From: a virus
Taxonomy: Duplodnaviria; Caudoviricetes
IMG/VR virus record: IMGVR_UViG_3300027769_000026
Coordinates: 1 to 64,000 of that record
DNA length: 64,000 nucleotides
Reading direction: 5' to 3' (one strand)
Of this stretch, positions 56,423 through 64,000 are shown piece after piece. The position numbers and the translations under genes are program-made. The stretch's first letter is position 1. Each line of letters begins with the position of its first letter. The notes beneath the pieces are model-generated. The model was not told the DNA's origin and made no database searches. It saw nothing but the letters and a program-made list of their open reading frames with translations.

Positions 56423-59400
56423 GCGATGCAATCAGACAAAGTAAACTCTTTGCCGCAGAAAACTGGAAAGTTGTTGCGCAGAGTTTCCGCAATGCTGAAT
56501 TTAAGAGTTACGATTTTGATACCCTCAGAACAGCAATGTTGGATATTATCAAACGCAACTATCCAGAAGATTTCAATGACTATATTCAGAGTTCTGAATT
56601 TGTTGCGCTCATTGACTTAATTGCATTCGTGGGACAGAACCTTAGTTTTCGTAATGACCTGAACAGCCGAGAAGCATTCCTTGACACAGCAGAACGCCGC
56701 GACAGTATTCTCAAGCTGGCCCGTCAGCTGAGTTATCAGCCAAGGCGAAGCCGCAATGCAGTTGGCTATCTAAAAATCAAAAGTGCAAGCACCAGTGAAA
56801 CAATACTGGACAGCTTGGGCAATGATCTTTCTCGCCAGACTGTTTACTGGACAGCCACCACAGACACTGATGCATACGAAAAATTTGTTCTTGTGATGAA
56901 TACTGCATTGAATCCTGCCACACAGTTTGGTAGCCCTGAAGTTGTGTTTACATCTACAGGTGGACAGATTGCACAATATGGATTCTCTTCTACTTTCAGT
57001 GACTTTCCTTTGATAAGTTTCAATACCAATGTTGGCGGAAAGTCAACGGAATTTGAGTTGCTGTGTGCTAGATTGCTAGACAATGGTGGCATTGAAGAAA
57101 ATACACCAAGCATTGGAGGTCCTTTCAATGTAATTTACAAAAATGATGGCTTGGGTAATCTTTCACCTAACACGGGTTTCTTCATGTTGGTTAAACAGGG
57201 AACACTGTCGAGATATGATTACATCATTGATTCCCCGCTGATCAATCGAGTGATTGATATTCCGGCAACCAATGTTACCGAAAATGATATTTGGGTGCAA
57301 AGCATCAACGAGGCAGGAGAAGTTCTTGCACAATGGCAACGTGTACCGTCTACCAATGGCAGCAATTTGTACATCAATGATCTTGGCAATGAAGAGCGCA
57401 ACATCTACGAAGTATTGACAGGCAACAACGATGCTATCAGCATCAAGTTTGCTGATGGAAATTTTGGTAATATCCCAATAGGATTGATACGTGTGATTGT
57501 TCGCACTGGCAATGGCCTATCATATACCATTAAACCATCTGCAATGAAAGCATTGACGTTTGCTATTCCATACACCAGCAAATCAAATCAACAACATACT
57601 CTTACGATCACATGTGATCTTGATTATGCTGTAACCAATGCAGAAACAGCAGACAGCATTGAAGATGTCAGAACAAAAGCGCCGGCATATTATTATGCAC
57701 AGGACCGCATGATAACTGGCCAAGACTATGCCAGTTATCCAATGACAGTTAGTCCAGGCATTCTGAAGATCAAGAGTATCAATCGCGTACACAGCGGTAT
57801 GAGTAGATACATCCAGGACAAGGATCCTACTGGTACATACAACGATGTTGATATTTTTGGAACTGATGGCTTTGTCTATAGAGAAGATATTTCTATTAGA
57901 CATGAGTTTCCTTATCCAAGCGGAAGCAAACGTGTGATTGACATCATTGGCGATGTTGAATCCATGCTGTCAGATCAAGACTTGGTTAATTTTTACTACA
58001 AGAACTATCCAAATATTTCTTTTGCCAACAAGCCAGCATATTTCAATAGAGTTGGTAGAGGCACAAACTACTGTCATGGATTCTTTACCAATAGCTTTGG
58101 GCTTGACCTTGATGCAATTATCAGAATTGGTGGCGCATCTGCAGATGCTGTATACAAGCAGGTACGCCAAGGTGCAGTAGCATTGGTAGAAGACAGCTCA
58201 GACCCTATTAACGGATTGCGTTGGGTTCCAATTGGTAGAATTTACGGCAACGGCCTTGGCGTACAAGATGAGTATGGTATCAGCACAGGACTAAAGCCCA
58301 ACGGTGAAGGTGTTGTTATATTGAACAAGGTAATTGCTGACGGCTCAAGAATTGTGAGATTGATACCTGCGCATGTTAAAACATTTACAACAGCATTTAG
58401 AGAAACTCTTAAATCGTTGCTGGGAAATTTCCAAACATTTGGTATTGCCTACGACTACACAAATTACTCTTACAAGATCATCAATGCCGACAACATCAAT
58501 CAGGGAAATTTTAGTTTAGCAAATGCAGGAAATACCTCAGGACTAGGACTGGATTCTAGTTGGTTGATGTATATCACTTATGAAGGAGATCGTTTCGTAG
58601 TAAGACAACGTGCCACATCTGTTATTGCAGGTAGCGACAGAAAAGTTCGTTTCTACAACGAAAACTTTGTAAATTCATTGAGTGCGTCCAGAACCGACAA
58701 CAGTAACGATACCATCAAGTACATAAACAACAAACAACCAAATGATCCAACGCAATATCTAGCAGATGAGCAGTTACTCAGACTGAGCAGGTATTATCGT
58801 TATGAAGATGGCTATACAGATCCCACAAAAGTGCAATGCACAGTGGCCGACGTTGACACGGATTTCTTGCCAGAAAATCCATATGCGTTTGAAGATCTTG
58901 TGGGCAATCGTACCATCAGCCTGGGCTGGCGAGAAGAAGGTGGCCTGCGTTTTGAAATGCCAGTCAATCCAGCAACAACTCCAGTAAACAGAGTAGTTTC
59001 AGGAAGATCATCACTGAGATTCCACTGGCATCATGTGGCATCACGTAAACAAATAATTGATCCATCGCCTACCAACATAATAGACACGTATGTGTTGTTA
59101 CAAGGTTACTATGATCAGTATCGCGAGTGGATCAATTCTGGTGGATCACCTACACAGGAACCAGAGAAACCAACCAGCGACGACCTGATACAAAGATTCC
59201 TGTCCTTGAACACACACAAAAGTGTAAGTGATGAAATCATTTACCATCCAGGCAAATTTTTGAATTTATTTGGTAGTCTGGCCGACAGTAGATATCGCGC
59301 CACACTCAAAGTGGTAAAAATGACAGGTGCCAGGATCAGTGACAACGAAATCAAGAGTCGTATACTCAAGGCCATGGATGAGTATTTCAATCCCAGTAAC

Positions 59401-59631
59401 TGGGAATTTGGCGAAACTTTTTACTATACTGAATTGGCAGCGTTCATACATAAACAGTTGAGTGGCAATGTTGCCAGTGTGGTGATTGTACCAACAGTTG
59501 AAGCCGCAAGATTTGGTAACCTATTCCAGATAGTACCTAACGAAGATGAAATTTTCTATCATGTGGCCACAGCAGAGAACATAGAAATTATTTCATCGAT
59601 CACAGAAACAAATATCAGGGTCAACAATTAA
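56419..59631 (+). CDS. gp6: baseplate wedge protein (gp6-like)
   Basis: YDFDTLRTAMLD...FNDYIQSSEF, EAFLDTAERRDSILKLA, APAYYYAQDRMITGQDY. Confidence 0.92.
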   Translation: MSDAIRQSKLFAAENWKVVAQSFRNAEFKSYDFDTLRTAMLDIIKRNYPEDFNDYIQSSEFVALIDLIAFVGQNLSFRNDLNSREAFLDTAERRDSILKLARQLSYQPRRSRNAVGYLKIKSASTSETILDSLGNDLSRQTVYWTATTDTDAYEKFVLVMNTALNPATQFGSPEVVFTSTGGQIAQYGFSSTFSDFPLISFNTNVGGKSTEFELLCARLLDNGGIEENTPSIGGPFNVIYKNDGLGNLSPNTGFFMLVKQGTLSRYDYIIDSPLINRVIDIPATNVTENDIWVQSINEAGEVLAQWQRVPSTNGSNLYINDLGNEERNIYEVLTGNNDAISIKFADGNFGNIPIGLIRVIVRTGNGLSYTIKPSAMKALTFAIPYTSKSNQQHTLTITCDLDYAVTNAETADSIEDVRTKAPAYYYAQDRMITGQDYASYPMTVSPGILKIKSINRVHSGMSRYIQDKDPTGTYNDVDIFGTDGFVYREDISIRHEFPYPSGSKRVIDIIGDVESMLSDQDLVNFYYKNYPNISFANKPAYFNRVGRGTNYCHGFFTNSFGLDLDAIIRIGGASADAVYKQVRQGAVALVEDSSDPINGLRWVPIGRIYGNGLGVQDEYGISTGLKPNGEGVVILNKVIADGSRIVRLIPAHVKTFTTAFRETLKSLLGNFQTFGIAYDYTNYSYKIINADNINQGNFSLANAGNTSGLGLDSSWLMYITYEGDRFVVRQRATSVIAGSDRKVRFYNENFVNSLSASRTDNSNDTIKYINNKQPNDPTQYLADEQLLRLSRYYRYEDGYTDPTKVQCTVADVDTDFLPENPYAFEDLVGNRTISLGWREEGGLRFEMPVNPATTPVNRVVSGRSSLRFHWHHVASRKQIIDPSPTNIIDTYVLLQGYYDQYREWINSGGSPTQEPEKPTSDDLIQRFLSLNTHKSVSDEIIYHPGKFLNLFGSLADSRYRATLKVVKMTGARISDNEIKSRILKAMDEYFNPSNWEFGETFYYTELAAFIHKQLSGNVASVVIVPTVEAARFGNLFQIVPNEDEIFYHVATAENIEIISSITETNIRVNN

Positions 59632-59632
59632 G

Positions 59633-62600
59633 ATGGCTAGCAAAAACAAAAAGACAACAACGTCTTATCAAACTTATCCTGGCAACAAGCCAGCGGCATT
59701 TGTACCTACGTCTAGCCTACTGCCAGGTGTACACAGGACCACACGCAACAACAAATACATTGATGCGTTATTGGGAGAGTTAACCAGCAAAGGCACATTG
59801 GAATCATTTGATGGTTATATCGGTAGTGCCAATGGAAAACTGCGTCGTAAGCAAGACATTTATCTAGCCAACGACAATCGTTATTGCATGGGTGTCAGTG
59901 CAGATTCATTGGTTGGCGATATAGTTGACATTCGAGAAGAGCTAACTGTTCGTGAAAATATTCCATTAAAGGATGCAAAACAACTCACAGGAAAATCCTA
60001 TGGATTTGATCCGCATATTGATCCTGACAAATTTATAAACTACCAGAATTACTACTGGCTTCCTTTTGATCTTCCAACCATTGCCCTAGAAGCAGGGTTG
60101 GATGAAAACGGTGATCCAGCAACAGTAAACATTGGTACAAACATTATTGGTCAAGCATATTATGTGACACATACTCAGGCCAATGGCCGCAGATTAACAT
60201 TGCGCAATGGCATGAAGGTGTATTTCATACAACGCGAACTTGGAGTATGGGAAGAATCAGATTCTTATCTGACCATTCCATCAGACAGCCTGGATCCAAA
60301 GTACTATATTGTATCAGGTGTTGGGTCTTCTATTAGATTTTTGCCTTTTGACTTGTATGCAAATCCTTTGAGTTTGATTTCTGTCTTGGCACCATTGCCA
60401 TGGGATAACAAGAACTGGGATCGTAATCGCTGGGACACAGACGTACTGACCCCAGGCGGTAAGCAGTATGTGACTATTGCATCAGGTAGTTCTAACTACA
60501 ATGTATGGAGCCGTACAAATCGTTGGACACATGAACAAACTGCCCTTGAAACTGCGCGATTCCTGGACATTGCTGATGGCGACATATTAAAAATTGAAGA
60601 TCGAGCCGCAAGACCCATTATTGAATTTTATTCAAATATAGACTTGTGGAATCACGGAAATCTTGGAAAAAATCACGTTACTTTGTTGACCAATAGCGTG
60701 AGCTCGCTGAATGATATCAACGGAATTGTGAATCCGGTTATCGATGACGTTTCATTGCCCGAAGGTGCAAGAATAATATTTGTTGGCGGCGACCCGGCAA
60801 TTAAAAACAAGACATTTGTTGCAACAGGGGTTGATGTTGGTGTTGTATTTGTGCCAGCGTCAGATTCTAATCCAACAGCAGGTCAATCAGTGCTGATATT
60901 AGATGGCCCACACCTTGGACAGACCTACTGGTACAATGGCACAGACTGGATCAAGGCACAACAGCTTTCAGCAAGAGGTCAGGCACCGCTGTTTAGGTTG
61001 TTTGACGGCGAAGGCATACCAATTGAAAATTACGATGTTGCCGCATTTAGTGGTAGTCAAATTTTTGGTTATAGTTCTGGGCCAACATATGACAGAGAAT
61101 TAAATCTTTCGATTGCATATGACAGCAGTTATAAAAATAGCCTAAGCACCAATATTGGTGCAATTTCTTTCACCAATTACATTTCTACAACATATCAGCG
61201 ATCAGATGGTATCACTGTCAACCAGTTGAAAGATATTACATCTTTCAACTACTTTAGAGAATGGAACATTGACAATGTTCTGGTCAATCCAATATGGACA
61301 TACAGTTCAGGCTGGAAACCAATCAGCGAATGTTTTTCAGTCAAAAAAGAATATTCGTTTAACGTACAACAAGATGGAGATTTTTCTCTAGTAGGTTCGC
61401 AGTGGGTGCATGATCCTTCCTATGCGTGGAATATATCAATGCCTCCTATACAGGGCCTGGACGAACACAAGGACTTTTTGATTGAAGAAGTTTCTTCTGC
61501 TATGCCAGCAAGAGAATGGCACGATTCGCTGATTTTTTCCAAGATCAAAGACGGAAAGATCTACAATTATACTGGCCGTAGATTGCAAATTGCAAACCAA
61601 AGAGGCATAGTATTCATTGACACATTTGATGTTGAAGTTGATCTTCCAGCCAGTTTGTTTGATGTCAAAACAACATATTTGCCAACAGACTGCCGTCCAG
61701 GAGATTACATCATTAAATGGAAAATAGGTGAACAAAATTGGACTGTGGCCAAGGTCATTGGCCGTCGACGCGATGACATACGCCGCCCTTCTGTTTTGGT
61801 TAACGGACAACTCAAAGATACCAGCGAATGGAGAATCATCTACGCCGGAGGCCCAGATGAATATACCACACCTGTGTTAGGACTACGAGTGTTGGGACTA
61901 AAAGACAAAGATACAGTTGATATTGTGGTCAACGGAAGCATGATAACTTCTGTTAACAGAAATGCAGATATTTCAAATCTAAGCAATAACCCCTACAATG
62001 AAATTGTTTCACGCGGAGCATACGGACAATTCTTTGATCACTTTCGTTCTGCGATAGCTAAGAATATCATGCCTCGTTTTCTTGATGACACATATCATCA
62101 AGGTACGCAACATCCTAGATTTGATCAAGTTGAAGGATATAATAGTTCATTTGGTGACAACGACTGGGCGTTTACTATGCCTACAAGATCGCCAGGCAAC
62201 AACATACTGTTACACGACTCTCCTGCCAATAGGTACTTCTGGACCATGCGCTCAGCCGAAACTGGCTCAGTATTTCCGCTCATGGAAGATGCACGTAAAG
62301 CCTACAGCAACTTCAAATTGAAATTCCTGCAGAAAATTGAAAGACTGTATCTAGATCAGGACATTTCAGACGTACAGGCTGCGGTTGATAAAGCACTTTC
62401 AGATATATTTGTTGGTCGTAACGAATCGTTTAGATACGCACACAGCCATATGGTCATGTGGGGCACGCCAGACGCAGAAAAAATCTACACCTTTGCGGAT
62501 TCAACTGCGCAGTTAGAGATTGACGGCGACGATGCTGATCCAACTTTTACTGAAACCATTGACGGCGAAGACGCAGACCCTACACCGCCAGTTATTTTAC

Positions 62601-64000
62601 TCGATGGTGGATTAGCTGCCTCTTTTGTTGATTATGAATGTGAAATTCCAAGCATCGCAGAACTTGGGGAAATATCAACGGATCATGTGTATGTGTACTA
62701 CAAGAATTATAATGACACCGCTTGGCGCATACTGACATACACAAAAGATTATGACATTGATCAAACAGCAAGGACTGTGCATATTTCTGCTGAGTTTGAT
62801 ACTCCATGCCAGTTTAAGATTTGTGTATTCAAGAAAACACGTGTAAGTTATGTTCCACCCACACCAGCCAAACTAGGCATCACACCTTGGTATCATCCGG
62901 AGTACTATACAGATACAACATACCAGGGTGCAGACGTATTGTTCATACAAGGTCATGACGGCAGTTTGACGCCTGCTTGGGGAGACTTCCGCGATGACAT
63001 GTTGTTGGAATTTGAACGCCGAGTTGCCAGCAGTATTGGCAAAGATCGAGGCAATCGTGCTGAACTGTTGTTTACAAAACACTGGCCAAGAAAGATGCGA
63101 CAGACTTGGTATAATCGTGTTGAACTTAACAATTATCTTGAGGATGCATGGCTAACATGGTCCAATGAAAACAACATTGTTGAAACACCCAATTTGAGCC
63201 ATGTTATCAATCGCCCGCTAACATACAACTATTCTGCATTTGAAGCGGCAGACGGCAACACTTATGGCAGCTGGAGAGACATATACCGACATGTGTATGG
63301 TACCGATCGTCCAGATACGCACCCTTGGGAAATGCTTGGCTTTGCTCGCAAACCTTCCAACTGGGATTCTATGTACAGCTGGACTGACCTTGTAAAACGT
63401 AACAATTTGATACAAGCACTCACCATTGGCAACAGAAGCAACGAGCCATTTCCGGCTGTGGATACCAGTAGTTTTATCAAACATGATGTTGAATATTTGT
63501 CTGGACCAGATGCACCATTCTTGCCTGTGGACGAAAGCGGCCTTCTTCGTAATCCACTGACGGCAGGTTGGTACGATGCCACTACTGTAAACGCCAGTGA
63601 AGATACGATCAATGACTGGACATTTGGTAACATTGGTACACAAGAACTAGCATGGCGTAGAAGCAGTGAGTTTGTGTTCTCTTGTGCAAACTGGCTATTA
63701 TTGGCCGGTGGCCCAGAGTATTTAGAATCAGTTTGGGAAGGACCTAAATTGGTTGTCAGCTCATTGGACAATGCTATCAATGTTGACAGAACAAAACTAA
63801 AAATAGTTCCTTGGGCCACGGCAAATCAACACAGAGAAACCGGATCAGATGTTGTGCCGGGGTATGGTATGTTGATCAATGAACTGGCAGCCAGCTTGAG
63901 TCCACAAAAATTAGCAGATGTTATCAATGAAACACGCAACATCAAAACTAGATTGCAATGGACTGCCAACGGTTTCCTAGAATCCAACAGCTTGGATTTT
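59633..64000 (+). CDS. gp7: very large baseplate wedge protein (gp7-like), 3'-truncated by the window edge (at least 1456 codons)
   Basis: ATG at 59633 gives MASKNKKTT...SSLLPGVHRTTRNNKYIDALLGELTSKGTLESFDGYIG, then FDPHIDPDKFINYQNYYW and THPWEMLGF..KP..W motifs. Its absence from the ORF track is consistent with no in-frame stop before 64000; I did not translate every codon. Confidence 0.8.
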   Translation, partial: MASKNKKTTTSYQTYPGNKPAAFVPTSSLLPGVHRTTRNNKYIDALLGELTSKGTLESFDGYIGSANGKLRRKQDIYLANDNRYCMGVSADSLVGDIVDIREELTVRENIPLKDAKQLTGKSYGFDPHIDPDKFINYQNYYWLPFDLPTIALEAGLDENGDPATVNIGTNIIGQAYYVTHTQANGRRLTLRNGMKVYFIQRELGVWEESDSYLTIPSDSLDPKYYIVSGVGSSIRFLPFDLYANPLSLISVLAPLPWDNKNWDRNRWDTDVLTPGGKQYVTIASGSSNYNVWSRTNRWTHEQTALETARFLDIADGDILKIEDRAARPIIEFYSNIDLWNHGNLGKNHVTLLTNSVSSLNDINGIVNPVIDDVSLPEGARIIFVGGDPAIKNKTFVATGVDVGVVFVPASDSNPTAGQSVLILDGPHLGQTYWYNGTDWIKAQQLSARGQAPLFRLFDGEGIPIENYDVAAFSGSQIFGYSSGPTYDRELNLSIAYDSSYKNSLSTNIGAISFTNYISTTYQRSDGITVNQLKDITSFNYFREWNIDNVLVNPIWTYSSGWKPISECFSVKKEYSFNVQQDGDFSLVGSQWVHDPSYAWNISMPPIQGLDEHKDFLIEEVSSAMPAREWHDSLIFSKIKDGKIYNYTGRRLQIANQRGIVFIDTFDVEVDLPASLFDVKTTYLPTDCRPGDYIIKWKIGEQNWTVAKVIGRRRDDIRRPSVLVNGQLKDTSEWRIIYAGGPDEYTTPVLGLRVLGLKDKDTVDIVVNGSMITSVNRNADISNLSNNPYNEIVSRGAYGQFFDHFRSAIAKNIMPRFLDDTYHQGTQHPRFDQVEGYNSSFGDNDWAFTMPTRSPGNNILLHDSPANRYFWTMRSAETGSVFPLMEDARKAYSNFKLKFLQKIERLYLDQDISDVQAAVDKALSDIFVGRNESFRYAHSHMVMWGTPDAEKIYTFADSTAQLEIDGDDADPTFTETIDGEDADPTPPVILLDGGLAASFVDYECEIPSIAELGEISTDHVYVYYKNYNDTAWRILTYTKDYDIDQTARTVHISAEFDTPCQFKICVFKKTRVSYVPPTPAKLGITPWYHPEYYTDTTYQGADVLFIQGHDGSLTPAWGDFRDDMLLEFERRVASSIGKDRGNRAELLFTKHWPRKMRQTWYNRVELNNYLEDAWLTWSNENNIVETPNLSHVINRPLTYNYSAFEAADGNTYGSWRDIYRHVYGTDRPDTHPWEMLGFARKPSNWDSMYSWTDLVKRNNLIQALTIGNRSNEPFPAVDTSSFIKHDVEYLSGPDAPFLPVDESGLLRNPLTAGWYDATTVNASEDTINDWTFGNIGTQELAWRRSSEFVFSCANWLLLAGGPEYLESVWEGPKLVVSSLDNAINVDRTKLKIVPWATANQHRETGSDVVPGYGMLINELAASLSPQKLADVINETRNIKTRLQWTANGFLESNSLDF

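Noticed and set aside
1-64000. Stop-codon reassignment as seen in some large phages
   Set aside because: Core genes (gp20, gp23, gp46, gp6, ligase) are full length in code 11 and coding density is high.
1-64000. tRNA or tmRNA genes, inteins, self-splicing introns, transposases
   Set aside because: No GTTCGA T-loop cloverleaf, intein splice motif or split conserved gene was spotted by eye; a tRNAscan/ARAGORN run would be needed to be certain.

Overview
This window is 64 kb of a large T4-like (myovirus-type) dsDNA phage genome in the standard genetic code; it is not a host chromosome. From left to right it holds: (1) the end of a probable tail-completion gene, a Nudix hydrolase and a heme oxygenase plus PcyX-type bilin reductase cassette (1-2.3 kb); (2) about 28 kb of minus-strand fibre, adhesin and virion accessory genes, including three paralogous RCC1-repeat propeller proteins, a 1376-aa repeat/beta-helix protein, a fibre-adhesin-chaperone trio, a subtilisin-like protease and an Mtd_N protein (2.3-30.7 kb); (3) the head module gp23/gp22/gp21/core/portal and a tape-measure-like protein (30.8-40.5 kb); (4) a gp26-like gene with a likely -1 frameshift into the next ORF, then a ~570-nt non-coding, hairpin-rich region; (5) resolvase, histone-like protein, gp46/gp47, MazG-like protein and late sigma factor gp55; (6) the baseplate module (gp48/54-, gp53-, gp27-, gp5-, gp25-, gp6- and gp7-like genes, the last running off the window), interrupted by a DNA ligase/ABM-like/HNH islet. 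A TAAATA late-promoter motif precedes 14 genes, and three sigma70-type early promoters are visible; several predicted transcripts look leaderless. All family assignments come from motif recognition by eye, with no database searches. The leading novelty candidates are the putative large structured RNA (41700-42269), the RCC1 triplet with its six-repeat partner, the gp26 -1 frameshift, and a hairpin that buries the hemO start codon.
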